From an uncultured delta proteobacterium (lineage in GTDB: Bacteria > Myxococcota > Myxococcia > Myxococcales > Myxococcaceae), in contig CAVQKE010000003.1 in NCBI GenBank assembly GCA_963713045.1, forward strand, positions 1,120,001-1,184,000: a stretch of DNA of 64,000 bases, given 5' to 3'. The position numbers and the translations under genes were made by a program. Below, piece by piece: positions 8,993 to 18,758 of the stretch (its first letter is position 1; each line of letters starts with the position of its first letter). The notes beneath the pieces were generated by a model that did no database searches, was not told the origin of the DNA, and saw nothing but the letters and a program-made list of their open reading frames with translations.

Positions 8993-9981
8993 GCCGCGCT
9001 TTCGGTGCGGGCACGGTTCTGGTTGAAGAGCTCGCTCATCACCTCTTCCAGCGGCGGGTCCTCCACGGTGAGGTCGCGCACGCTGAGGGTGGCCAGGGCC
9101 CGGGCGACCGTGGCGCTGACCGCGTCCTGCCGGACCTGGAGCACCACCTGGGCCGCATCCGCGGAGACCACTTTTCCGAGGCCGTCCAAGGCCAGGGGCG
9201 GCGCGGGGTGGTCGAGCGTCAGCACCACCCGCTTCTCGGGCCGCATCCGGCGCACCAGGGCGTCGAGGCCACCGTCATAGGACAGCGTACCCTTGTCGAT
9301 GACAATGACCCGTGGGCAGAGGGCTGCCACGTCGTCCATGTAGTGGCTGGTCAGCAGAAGGGTGGCGCCCGTCTCCTCGTTGTAGCGCCGGATGAAGCTG
9401 CGGATGGTGGCCTGCATCGAGACGTCCAGGCCGATGGTGGGCTCGTCGAGGAAAAGCACCTTCGGACCATGGACCAGGGCCGCTGCCAGCTCGCACTTCA
9501 TCCGTTCGCCCAACGACAGCGAGCGCGTCGGCTTGTCCACCAAGTCCTTCAGTTCAAGCAACTCGCTCAACTCCGCCATCCGGCGCCGGAACTCCGCCTG
9601 GGGCACCTCGTAAATGGCGCGGTTGAGAGCAAACGTCTCCGAAGGCGGCAAGTCCCACAGAAGCTGCTGCTTCTGGCCGGTGACCAGCATGATTTTCTTG
9701 AGGAAGGCGTCCTCCCGGCGCTGGGGGACGTGCCCGTCGACCCGCACCTCGCCACTCGACGGGTAAAGCAGCCCGGAGAGGACTTTCAGGGTGGTGGTTT
9801 TTCCGGCGCCGTTCGGCCCGAGAAACCCCACCCGTTCGCCTGCCCCAATCTCAAAGGAGATGCCGTCCACCGCCTTCACCAAGGTGGGCACCCGTCGAAA
9901 AAGCGAGCGAAACGCAGACCGGAGGCCAGGCGGACGTTTGTGGACGGTGTAGTGCTTGTGCAGCGCGCGGACGGAGACCAT
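8989..9981 (-). CDS. ABC transporter ATP-binding protein
   Basis: Walker A GPNGAGKTT, signature LSLGE, Walker B LFLDEPT, H-loop TSHYM. Confidence 0.95.
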   Translation of the reverse strand: MVSVRALHKHYTVHKRPPGLRSAFRSLFRRVPTLVKAVDGISFEIGAGERVGFLGPNGAGKTTTLKVLSGLLYPSSGEVRVDGHVPQRREDAFLKKIMLVTGQKQQLLWDLPPSETFALNRAIYEVPQAEFRRRMAELSELLELKDLVDKPTRSLSLGERMKCELAAALVHGPKVLFLDEPTIGLDVSMQATIRSFIRRYNEETGATLLLTSHYMDDVAALCPRVIVIDKGTLSYDGGLDALVRRMRPEKRVVLTLDHPAPPLALDGLGKVVSADAAQVVLQVRQDAVSATVARALATLSVRDLTVEDPPLEEVMSELFNQNRARTESAA

Positions 9982-10078
9982 CGGGGGCCTGTCATCTAAC
10001 GCCGCTGCCGGCGAAGCGGTAGCCCTCCCGGGGGTGGAAGTCGTCCCCAAGCGCCGGAATGCTAGCCTTGTCGCCGAC

Positions 10079-11239
10079 GTGGCGACTTTCGGCCTCATCC
10101 TGACCGGCGGCGGCGCGCGCGCCGCCTACCAGGTGGGCGCGTTGCGCGCCATCCTCGAAGTGGTCGGAGACGGGCACAACCCGTTTCCCGTCATCACCGG
10201 AGTCTCTGCCGGTGCCATCAACGGCGCGGCGCTGGCGGCCAGTGCCGATGACTTCTCCGGCGGCGTCCGCCGCTTGGCGGCGACCTGGCTCAGCCTCTCG
10301 CCCGAGGAGGTGTACCGGACGGACATGCTGAGCGTCGCCTCCATCGGAAGCCGATGGATTCGCAACCTCACCTCCGGCGGCCTGGTGACGCTTCGTCAGG
10401 TGAATCACCTGTTGGACACCTCACCGCTGCGCAAGCTCCTCACCGAGCGGATTCCGTTGGACAGCGTGCCGGCCCACATCGCCGCCGGACGGCTGCGCGC
10501 TCTCGGCGTCACGGCCACCAGCTACCTGACCGGCACCGCCGTCACCTTCTTCGACGGAGCGCCGGACGTTCAGGCTTGGGCACGCAGTCGGCGACTGGGA
10601 CGCCGCGAGACACTGAGCGTGGACCACGTGATGGCCTCGGCGGCCATCCCCATCTTCTTTCCGCCGGTCCGCCTGGGGGACACCTACTACGGCGACGGCC
10701 AAATTCGCCTCACCGAGCCGCTCAGTCCAGCCATCCACCTCGGGGCGGACCGCCTGTTGGCCGTGGGCGTGCGCTACCTGCGCACCGCGGCTGAGACCCG
10801 GAGCCTCAACACCGAGGACACCAGCCAGCGCCTGCTCCCGGTGTCGCAGGTGGCCGGGGTGCTCCTCAACGCCCTCTTCCTGGACCATCTGGACTCCGAC
10901 GTGGAGCGCCTGGAGCGCATCAACCACTCCCTTGGCCTGGCGAGGCGGCCTCCAGGCGAGGAGGTGGCGCCCTTCCATGTCATTCCGGTGATGACGCTGC
11001 GTCCCTCGCAGGAGTTGGGCGGGCTGGCGGCCGACCAGATGGAACACTTTCCCCGCGTGGTGCGCTACCTGCTGCGCGGAATGGGCGCCGGGCGCCGCGG
11101 CGGCTCGGACCTGGTCAGCTACTTGGCCTTCGAGCGGAGCTACGTCGACCGACTACAGACGCTGGGCTACGAGGACACGCTGGCACGCAAGGCCGAGCTC
11201 GAGGACTTCTTCACGGTGAAGTCGTCGCTCAGCGCTTGA
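10079..11239 (+). CDS. Patatin-like phospholipase
   Basis: GGGARAAYQ, GVSAG nucleophile elbow, ASAAIP, DGQ (variant of DGG); GTG start inferred. Confidence 0.9.
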   Translation: MATFGLILTGGGARAAYQVGALRAILEVVGDGHNPFPVITGVSAGAINGAALAASADDFSGGVRRLAATWLSLSPEEVYRTDMLSVASIGSRWIRNLTSGGLVTLRQVNHLLDTSPLRKLLTERIPLDSVPAHIAAGRLRALGVTATSYLTGTAVTFFDGAPDVQAWARSRRLGRRETLSVDHVMASAAIPIFFPPVRLGDTYYGDGQIRLTEPLSPAIHLGADRLLAVGVRYLRTAAETRSLNTEDTSQRLLPVSQVAGVLLNALFLDHLDSDVERLERINHSLGLARRPPGEEVAPFHVIPVMTLRPSQELGGLAADQMEHFPRVVRYLLRGMGAGRRGGSDLVSYLAFERSYVDRLQTLGYEDTLARKAELEDFFTVKSSLSA

Positions 11240-11867
11240 CCGCCAAGGTCATGCCGTCACGCACTGTCAGGAGTACCTTGTCGACCCGCGAATCTCTGGC
11301 CACAGCGTCGTTGAAGGCGACGATGGCACGGTCGGAGGCACTCTTCGGCGCAAGCACCCGCCCGCTCCACAGGGTGTTGTCGGCCACCAGCAGGCCACCT
11401 GGGCGCAGCAACGGAAGCACCGCTTGGTAGTAGGCGAGGTAGTTCTCCTTGTCGGCGTCGATGAAGACGAAGTCGAACGGGCCGTCCAGTGTTGCCAGCG
11501 TCTGTAGGGCGGGCCCCATGCGGATTTGTATCTTCCGCCCCACGGGACTCCGGGCGAAAGTGCGTCGAGCAATGGCCTCCGCTTTGGGGTCGACGTCACA
11601 GGTGATGAGGGTGCCGTCCTCTGGAAGGCCCGAGGCAATCATCAAGCCCGAGTAGCCGGTGAACATTCCAATCTCCAGGGCGCGTCGTGCCCCGGACAGC
11701 TTCACCAGAAGCCGGAGGGTGTTTCCTTCCAGCCGGCCGACCTGCATCTGGGGGTCCGCCATGGCGGCATACGTCTCCTCGCGAAGGGCGTCGAAGAGTG
11801 GAGCCACGGCCTCCGAATGCTCGGCAGCGTAGGCCTCGATGGCTTCAGGGACGAGGGTCATGGACAT
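11229..11867 (-). CDS. Class I SAM-dependent O-methyltransferase (CCoAOMT / Methyltransf_3 type)
   Basis: LEIGMFTGYS, FIDADKENY, DNTLWSG and RDG motifs. Confidence 0.93.
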   Translation of the reverse strand: MSMTLVPEAIEAYAAEHSEAVAPLFDALREETYAAMADPQMQVGRLEGNTLRLLVKLSGARRALEIGMFTGYSGLMIASGLPEDGTLITCDVDPKAEAIARRTFARSPVGRKIQIRMGPALQTLATLDGPFDFVFIDADKENYLAYYQAVLPLLRPGGLLVADNTLWSGRVLAPKSASDRAIVAFNDAVARDSRVDKVLLTVRDGMTLAVKR

Positions 11868-11903
11868 GGCACCCTTCTACCCCTAAGGCTCACCGCAGCA
11901 ACC

Positions 11904-13067
11904 ATGGACCGGTATGCCGAGGGCTTGGCGCGGTGGATGCCGCGGCTGGTCGCCGCGTGGCGACGCGCTCGCCGCCTGCCTGAGGGGCCCCCCACCCTGA
12001 CGGCGAGGGAGGCAAAGGAAGTTTCCAGCGGCATCCGGACGCTGTCGCTTGGCCTGACGCGCGAGCGGCAGCTGGCCGGGGCCCGCTACATGGATGACCC
12101 GCGGCTGCTCGGCGCGTACCTCCTCTTTTATTGGCCCATCTCTTATGCCCAGGGCCGCCAAGTCCTCGGCGAGCTACCCTCCAGGGTGCGCACGGTGCTG
12201 GACTTGGGGAGCGGTCCCGGACCCCTCGCCTTTGCCGCCTTGGACTGGGGAGCGGCGGAAGTGACTGCGGCGGACCGGAGTCGGCCGGCGCTGGCCCTGG
12301 CCAGGGAGTTGGCCGCCGAGGCCGGAGAGGCGCTGGCCACCCGCGAATGGGACCCGCACCGCGCCACCGCGCTGCCCGCCACCGGGCTGGATGCCATTGT
12401 GCTTGGCCACCTTCTCAACGAATTGTTCGGCCACGGGGAGTCCGCCCTGGGGCGCCGGGCGGCCTTGGTGGAGCGAGCGCTGGCCGGGCTGCGGCCGGGA
12501 GGCTCGGTGGTGCTCATCGAGCCGGCGCTTCGCGACACGTCGCGGGAGCTGCTGCAGCTGCGGGACGTGTTGGTGCGGCAAGGCTTCGCGGTGCGAGCCC
12601 CCTGTCTGTTTCGCGGCGACTGCCCGGCGCTGGAAAGGCCGAGTGACTGGTGTCACGCCGAGCGCCCGTGGACGATGCCGCCGCTTCTGGAGGGCCTGGC
12701 GCGCAGCGCCGGCTTGCACAAAGAGGCCCTCAAAATGAGCTACTTAGTCCTCGCGCCCAAGGGCGAGAGCTGGGCCGAGCCGCCTGCTGGCCTGGTTTTC
12801 CGCATTGTGTCCGAGCCGCTGGAGGGCAAGGGTCGGCAACGTTTGATGGGCTGCGGGCCCCAAGGGCGGATGGGGCTCGCCCTCCAGCAGAAACACCGCA
12901 CCGCGGCCAATGCTGCCTTCTTTCAGCTGGTCCGCGGGGACGTCGTGCGCGTGACGGAGACGGAGAGCCGCGGCGATGGGTTGGCCCTCACCGAGCGCTC
13001 CGAAGTGCAGCTGGTCGCCGGCGCCGGGCAGCCGGTGCCCACCCCAGTGAGGCAGCAAGACGGTTGA
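11904..13067 (+). CDS. Rsm22/METTL17-family methyltransferase-like protein
   Basis: AYLLFY, VLDLGSGPG, LLNEL, LIEP, APCxxxxxCP..WCH, SYLVL and RIVSEPL..GCGPQG motifs. Confidence 0.82.
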   Translation: MDRYAEGLARWMPRLVAAWRRARRLPEGPPTLTAREAKEVSSGIRTLSLGLTRERQLAGARYMDDPRLLGAYLLFYWPISYAQGRQVLGELPSRVRTVLDLGSGPGPLAFAALDWGAAEVTAADRSRPALALARELAAEAGEALATREWDPHRATALPATGLDAIVLGHLLNELFGHGESALGRRAALVERALAGLRPGGSVVLIEPALRDTSRELLQLRDVLVRQGFAVRAPCLFRGDCPALERPSDWCHAERPWTMPPLLEGLARSAGLHKEALKMSYLVLAPKGESWAEPPAGLVFRIVSEPLEGKGRQRLMGCGPQGRMGLALQQKHRTAANAAFFQLVRGDVVRVTETESRGDGLALTERSEVQLVAGAGQPVPTPVRQQDG

Positions 13068-13115
13068 CGCTGGCATGCCCGGACGGCCAAGGTGGACGGC
13101 AGGGAGAAGGCGACC

Positions 13116-13865
13116 ATGCGCAACGTCCTACCAGTGGTCATCGTCTGGGGCCTCGGCTTTGGCACGGCCGTCTCGGCGCAGGAGGCGGGCCACGCCTGGA
13201 GTTACGGCGGCAACACCGGGCCGGCCCATTGGGCAGCCCTCAAGGCCGACTACCAGCAGTGCAAGGTTGGAAAGCACCAGTCGCCCATCAACATTCGCGG
13301 CGCAAAGCCGGCCTCCCTCCCACCCATCGAATTTGCCTACCAGGCGGTGCCTCTGAAGATTGTGGACAACGGACACACCATCGAGGTGAATGTTCCGGCC
13401 GGCAGCTTCATCACCGTGGGGGGGAAGCGGTATGAATTGCTGCAGTTCCACTTCCACCATCCCTCAGAGAACGAGGTCAACGGGCGCAAGTTCCCCATGG
13501 AGCTGCACCTGGTGCACCAGGATGCCGAGGGAAAGCTGGCGGTGGTGGGGGTGCTGTTGGTTGAGGGCAAAGCCAACCCTGTGGTTGCCGAGCTGTGGAA
13601 GTACCTTCCCAAGGAGAAAGACAAGGAGAGCACTCCGGAAGGCGTGACGGTCGACCCGAGTGGGCTCTTGCCCGCCAACCGTGCGTACTACACCTACGCT
13701 GGCTCCTTCACCACGCCGCCCTGCACTGAGGACGTGACATGGTTGCTGCTGCGAACCCCTGGGACGCTGTCCAAACCGCAGGTGGCAACCTTCGCCGCCC
13801 AGTACCCCAACAACGCCCGTCCAGTGCAGCCCCTCAACGGGCGCACCGTGGAGCAGTCTAAGTAG
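13116..13865 (+). CDS. cah: Alpha-class carbonic anhydrase, secreted
   Basis: Signal peptide; WSY, QSPINI, NGHT, QFHFH, ELHLVH, GSFTTPPC and NARPVQPLN motifs. Confidence 0.96.
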   Translation: MRNVLPVVIVWGLGFGTAVSAQEAGHAWSYGGNTGPAHWAALKADYQQCKVGKHQSPINIRGAKPASLPPIEFAYQAVPLKIVDNGHTIEVNVPAGSFITVGGKRYELLQFHFHHPSENEVNGRKFPMELHLVHQDAEGKLAVVGVLLVEGKANPVVAELWKYLPKEKDKESTPEGVTVDPSGLLPANRAYYTYAGSFTTPPCTEDVTWLLLRTPGTLSKPQVATFAAQYPNNARPVQPLNGRTVEQSK

Positions 13866-13908
13866 AGCGGCCGCGTCCGACCTTGGGGAGGGCCAGCCCC
13901 TCCAGGCT

Positions 13909-15906
13909 TCAAAAACGTACCGCGCGGGCCCAGTCCAGGTAGAGGGCGCTGTGTCCGTTCCAGCTGAGCGTCTTGGTCTGAAGCTCTATCCGGTAGCGGC
14001 TCAGGCTCGGGTCGACCAATTTGCCATCCGGACTGGTGGGGAAAAGCATCTGCAAGCCCTCGGCAGAGGACGAAGTCCGTAGGTGCGTCTCCACGACGAA
14101 GCTTTCGAGGGACGGGCCGTCCACCAGCGCCTCCTCCAGGACGCGGCCATCGGCCGCCGGTAGCTTCAAACCGAGGAGATGCGCCACGGTGGGAGCGACG
14201 TCGACGTTGGCGCTGGGGAGAGTGTCATGAAAGCCGCGGCGGAAATGCGGCCCCGTCGCAATGAGGGCGTTGTGCACGTCCCGCGAGCCGAAGCTGCCGT
14301 GCATGCCGCGGTTCCCGGAAGGGCTGGACCACTCCGTCCCCGGCAGGCCCAGCACCGAGGCGTCGGCACTCCAAGAGAACGACACCACCACGTCGGGCGT
14401 CCGCGCGTCCGAAGCTGGCTCGGCACGCGCTGCATCGAGGGGGAGGGTGCCCGGGAGCTGGCCATAGCGCCGGGCGAGGAAGATGGGGCCATACTCCTCG
14501 CGACTTTGAAGGTAGCGGACCAGCGTCTGGACCACGGTTGGGTCGTGGCTGGGCACGTACAGGGAGTCGCTGCCGCCGTTGGGCGCCACCACCACGTCGC
14601 GTGGCCCAAGCGTCGACGGCACTCTGGGCACCACCGTCGTTCCCGGTTTCCCATCACAACGGATGACGGGATAGACGCTGGTCCCGGAGACGGTGATGCC
14701 GGAAAGCACCGGGGAGTAGACGCAGCCCAGCGCGTCGAATGCCCGAAGCCCGGCGTCGGCGCGGTTGATGAGGTCCGCCGTCCGCACCTCGCCGGATACC
14801 GAATACCCGGAAAGGTCCTCGCCGGTGACGCCTCCGTCCGCCAACCCCCGGAGGGGAAAAAGGTCAAGCGGACCGGAGACGCTCGAGTGCGCGTGGTCCG
14901 AGGCGACGAGGAGGTCCGTCGAGGAGGACAGCCCAAGCCGGTTGAGGGCCGCTTGGAGTTCTCCCAACAGCCGGTCCTGGCTGTGAAGCGCGTCTCGGTA
15001 GCCGGCGCTTCCTGGGCCGTAGGCGTGCTCGGTGCTGTCCGGGTCACGCAACCACACCACCACCAGCCGGGGGCGGAAGGCCGGGAGGAGCACCCGGGTC
15101 ATGGCGCCCATCAAATAGGCGTTGTCCGCGGCACTCGGCGAGACCAGGCCGCGGGACGGGTCGGACGTGACGCCGTCGTCCAGACGCACCACACGGCCGG
15201 GCTTGGTCGGGTCGGGGCTGCCCGCATCGACGGGCTGCCCAAAGGCGAGTGGCGCGAAATGGGGAAGGGGAATTCCTGCATCCTCCAGCGCGCTCGCCAA
15301 TTGCCGCGGCCAAACCAGCCGCTCTTCGAGAATCCATCCCCCGCGCCGCCGGTCCTGGAGGTAGGCCGCGCCGACTTTGCCGACGGCCGCCGTGGAGATG
15401 CCCGCGTCCTGCGCCGCTTCGAAGAGCGTGCCCACCAGCAGCAGGTGCCCGTCATAGAAGCGGTCCAGCGTGTCCAGGACGCCGTAGTCTTCGGTAAAGA
15501 CGGGCTGCGCCAAGTCAACCGGCAAGCCGGTTCCGCTGCGGCCCGCGTCGGCTGGCCCCTGGACCCAGACGGTGTTGCCCACCAGGCCGTTGGTGGCTGG
15601 GTAGCCTCCGGTGGCGAAGCTGGCGGCGTTGGCCATCGTCACCGTGGGGTAGCTGGCATGCTGGTCTTCGAAGGACACCCCTTCGTCCCGGAGGCGAATC
15701 AGGTTCGGCGTGTCATCAGCGCTGATGCTGTCCGGACGTAGCCCATCCCAGACGAAGACGATGACCCGGGTTTGGTCCGGCCCAGGCGGCGCGCCCTCGC
15801 CACCCCTTGGCGCCGACGTACAGCCGAGGCCGAAAAGCAGCAGGAGGAGGCAGAGGCGGCGGCTTTCCTCGCTCCCGGTGGCCCTGGCGTGGCTTCGGCG
15901 GGTCAT
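13909..15906 (-). CDS. Alkaline-phosphatase superfamily nucleotide pyrophosphatase/phosphodiesterase, probable lipoprotein
   Basis: WDGLRPD, YPTVT (Thr nucleophile), DPDSTEH, SDH, GMHGS and NVDVAPT motifs; GLG-C lipobox; start uncertain. Confidence 0.85.
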   Translation of the reverse strand: MTRRSHARATGSEESRRLCLLLLLFGLGCTSAPRGGEGAPPGPDQTRVIVFVWDGLRPDSISADDTPNLIRLRDEGVSFEDQHASYPTVTMANAASFATGGYPATNGLVGNTVWVQGPADAGRSGTGLPVDLAQPVFTEDYGVLDTLDRFYDGHLLLVGTLFEAAQDAGISTAAVGKVGAAYLQDRRRGGWILEERLVWPRQLASALEDAGIPLPHFAPLAFGQPVDAGSPDPTKPGRVVRLDDGVTSDPSRGLVSPSAADNAYLMGAMTRVLLPAFRPRLVVVWLRDPDSTEHAYGPGSAGYRDALHSQDRLLGELQAALNRLGLSSSTDLLVASDHAHSSVSGPLDLFPLRGLADGGVTGEDLSGYSVSGEVRTADLINRADAGLRAFDALGCVYSPVLSGITVSGTSVYPVIRCDGKPGTTVVPRVPSTLGPRDVVVAPNGGSDSLYVPSHDPTVVQTLVRYLQSREEYGPIFLARRYGQLPGTLPLDAARAEPASDARTPDVVVSFSWSADASVLGLPGTEWSSPSGNRGMHGSFGSRDVHNALIATGPHFRRGFHDTLPSANVDVAPTVAHLLGLKLPAADGRVLEEALVDGPSLESFVVETHLRTSSSAEGLQMLFPTSPDGKLVDPSLSRYRIELQTKTLSWNGHSALYLDWARAVRF

Positions 15907-15992
15907 GGCTTTCAACAACCCCCTGAAGGCGGTGAAGTGAAGGCGTCCAGGCGGCTGAAGTCGGACGCCCCAGGCCTGACTCGGCACGACCC

Positions 15993-17420
15993 TCAGCCAG
16001 CGTCTTTGGCGCGGGAGGGCTTGGCCAACGCCTCGGCCAATTCGGCGTACAGGTGAATGGCGCTCTTGACGCTCTTCTGCCAGTCGCCCAGGTGCAGACT
16101 CTCATTCTCCGAATGGGCGTTGGTGTAAGGGTCCTCGACGCCTATCAGCAGCGCCGGCACGCCACCCAGCTCGCGGGTGAAGGGCTCGACGAAGGGAATG
16201 GAGCCGCCTGCGCCAATGGCCACGGCGTCTGTGCCGTAGCCCTTCTTCAGCGCGCGGAAGGCTGCCTGAAACGCAGGGTGGGAGGAGTCGGTGTACCAGG
16301 GCCCGACTGCCTGCTCGGCCCGCAGGTGCAGTTCCAGTCCCCAGGGGACACTTTTCTTCAAGGCGTCGACCAGCTTCTTCTGCACGTCGAGAGGGTCGAG
16401 GTCAGGCACAATTCGGACGCCCACTCGGGCCCAGGCGGAGTCGCAAATGATGTTTCGCGCATCCTTCCGCGAGCTGGCCTGAATGGCGTTGATGGCCAGC
16501 GAGGGGTGGCGCCAGTTGGTTTCCCAAGGGTGGCGGCCTCCGAGGATGTGGACCCCGTCGAGTAAGCCGGCTTGCTTGCGGAAGTGCGCCTCATCGCCGG
16601 GCAGCGCCGCAATGCTTTTGCGTTCCGGGCCGGTGAGCGGTCTCACCTTGTCGAGGATGCCAGGGATGGCGATGGACCCATCGGCGTGGGTGAGCGACGC
16701 CAGCATTTTGCAGAGCCCGCTGACTGGGTCTGGCACCGGTCCACCCCACATCCCGGAATGGACGCTCTGCTTGAGGGCGCTGACTTCGACGTCCACCGTC
16801 ACCAGCCCGCGCAGCGCGATGGTGATGGAGGGCAAGCCGGTGTCGAAGTTGGAAGTGTCGGTGAGGATGATGGTGTCGGCCTGCAGCAGCTTGGCGTTCT
16901 GCTTGAGAAATGCACCCAGGTGCGAGGAGCCCACCTCCTCCTCGCCTTCGACAATGAGCTTCACGTTGAGGGGCAATCCGCCCGACTTCAGCCAGGACTC
17001 CACGGCTGAGCTGTGCACGATGATGCCGGCCTTGTCATCCGCCGCTCCCCGGCCATAAAGCCGCGGCGATTGGTCGGGCGGCCCTGGGCGTTCGACCGGT
17101 TCAAAGGGTGGGCTGGTCCAAGCCGATTCGTCTCCCGCTGGCTGGACGTCGTGGTGAGCGTAGAGCAGCACCGTCGGCCGGCCCGGTTGGTCCAACACCT
17201 CACCGTAGACGTAAGGGTGCGCATCGCCCACCTCGAGTAGCTGGACGTTCTTGAAGCCTCGGGCGCGCAGAAGCTTGGCGGTGGCGGCGGCGCTGGCCCG
17301 AACGTTTGCTTTGTCGAAGCCCGTGAAGGACACGGAGGGGATGCGGACCAACGCCCTCAAGTCTTCGAGGTAGTCCGACTGGTGCTCGACGAAGTGGGCC
17401 AGGGCGCGTTCGGTGGACAT
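15993..17420 (-). CDS. M20/M25/M40-family metallo-dipeptidase
   Basis: [30 protein letters not shown] and AHSENE motifs. Confidence 0.93.
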   Translation of the reverse strand: MSTERALAHFVEHQSDYLEDLRALVRIPSVSFTGFDKANVRASAAATAKLLRARGFKNVQLLEVGDAHPYVYGEVLDQPGRPTVLLYAHHDVQPAGDESAWTSPPFEPVERPGPPDQSPRLYGRGAADDKAGIIVHSSAVESWLKSGGLPLNVKLIVEGEEEVGSSHLGAFLKQNAKLLQADTIILTDTSNFDTGLPSITIALRGLVTVDVEVSALKQSVHSGMWGGPVPDPVSGLCKMLASLTHADGSIAIPGILDKVRPLTGPERKSIAALPGDEAHFRKQAGLLDGVHILGGRHPWETNWRHPSLAINAIQASSRKDARNIICDSAWARVGVRIVPDLDPLDVQKKLVDALKKSVPWGLELHLRAEQAVGPWYTDSSHPAFQAAFRALKKGYGTDAVAIGAGGSIPFVEPFTRELGGVPALLIGVEDPYTNAHSENESLHLGDWQKSVKSAIHLYAELAEALAKPSRAKDAG

Positions 17421-17663
17421 GGGCCGGGCCTGCATAGCGCCATCCGTCCGATGACTCCAGCCAGGCCCTGTCACCTCGGCCGGCCTTGTCGAGGCACCCG
17501 CCAAAGCACCCCGGGTGCCCGGGCGCCGAGCGTCGGCGGCAGCATTTCGAGCACCGGAGTAGGGCTTTTGGTTAGAGTCCCCAGTCCCTGCGCCTGGGAG
17601 CGGTCGGCTCTCGGGGCCCGGGGGACGCCTGCGCCCCTGCAGACGCCAGTGAAGAGGCGAGTC

Positions 17664-18758
17664 ATGGACCGTCGACGTTTCCTGCGGCTCACCGGTGCAG
17701 CTGCCGCGAGTTTGGCCCTCCCTCGGCCCCAGGCTGTCCGGGCCGAAGCCGCCGGCACACCGCCCTGGCGCGTCTTCGAGGTCAGCACCCACGTGGAGGT
17801 GCGTCGGCCCAAGGGGCCGTGCCGGGTCTGGGTTCCCCTGCCGCTGGCATTGGAGACGGACTTCCAGCGGTGCCTCGGCAACAGCTGGGAGGCGCCGGGA
17901 GGGCACGCCAGCGTGGCCCACGACGCCCGCTACGGCATCGCCCTGCTTTCCGCAGAGTGGGCGGACGGGGTCCAGCCGGTGCTCGACGTGAAGAGCAAGG
18001 TCAGCATGCGTGACTGGAGCGTCGAATTGGCGGCGCATCCCGGTGCCCAGAAACTCAACGCCGAGAGCCGCGCGCTGTGGACGGCCCCCACCCGTCTTCT
18101 TCCGACCGACGGGCTGGTCCTCTCCACTGCGTTGCAGGCCACCTCAGGGGTGAAGGGAGGGGACGTCGAGAAGGCGCGCGCCCTCTATGCTTGGGTCTGC
18201 GACAACAGTTTTCGCGACCCGAAGGTGCGCGGCTGCGGCCTGGGAGACATCCAGTCGATGCTTGCCGCCCATTCGCTGGGGGGGAAATGCGCTGACATCA
18301 ACGCCCTCTTCGTTGCACTGGCCCGGGCGCTGGGCATCCCGGCGCGCGACGCCTACGGCGTCCGCGTCGCGGACTCTCGCCGAGGCTACAAAGCGCTCGG
18401 CAAGTCTGGCGACATCACCAAGGCGCAGCATTGCCGCGCACAGTTCTTCGCCCAAGGGCACGGGTGGATTCCGGTCGACCCGGGCGACGTGCGCAAAGTC
18501 ATCCTCGAGGAACCCCCTGGACACCTCAGCGTCGACGACGCCAGGGTGTTGGCAGCGCGCGCTTACCTCTTCGGAAGCTGGGAAGGGAATTGGATGGCCT
18601 ACAACTACGGCCATGACGTCGCGCTTCCCGGTTCGGCGCACACCTCAGTGCCATTCCTGATGTACCCCCAAGCAGAGACGGCCGATGGCCTGCGCGACTG
18701 TCTGGACCCCGATAATTTCCAGTACACCCTCACCTCACGCGAGGTGAGTGTCAGCTAG
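17664..18758 (+). CDS. Tat-exported transglutaminase-like protein
   Basis: DRRRFL twin-arginine signal; Cys-His-Asp triad in GGKCAD, AQHC and WIPVDP. Confidence 0.88.
   Translation: MDRRRFLRLTGAAAASLALPRPQAVRAEAAGTPPWRVFEVSTHVEVRRPKGPCRVWVPLPLALETDFQRCLGNSWEAPGGHASVAHDARYGIALLSAEWADGVQPVLDVKSKVSMRDWSVELAAHPGAQKLNAESRALWTAPTRLLPTDGLVLSTALQATSGVKGGDVEKARALYAWVCDNSFRDPKVRGCGLGDIQSMLAAHSLGGKCADINALFVALARALGIPARDAYGVRVADSRRGYKALGKSGDITKAQHCRAQFFAQGHGWIPVDPGDVRKVILEEPPGHLSVDDARVLAARAYLFGSWEGNWMAYNYGHDVALPGSAHTSVPFLMYPQAETADGLRDCLDPDNFQYTLTSREVSVS

Noticed and set aside
18755..18758. Convergent genes with overlapping 3' ends (also 11229-11239, 44628-44641, 61262-61265)
   Set aside because: An ordinary result of compact gene packing.
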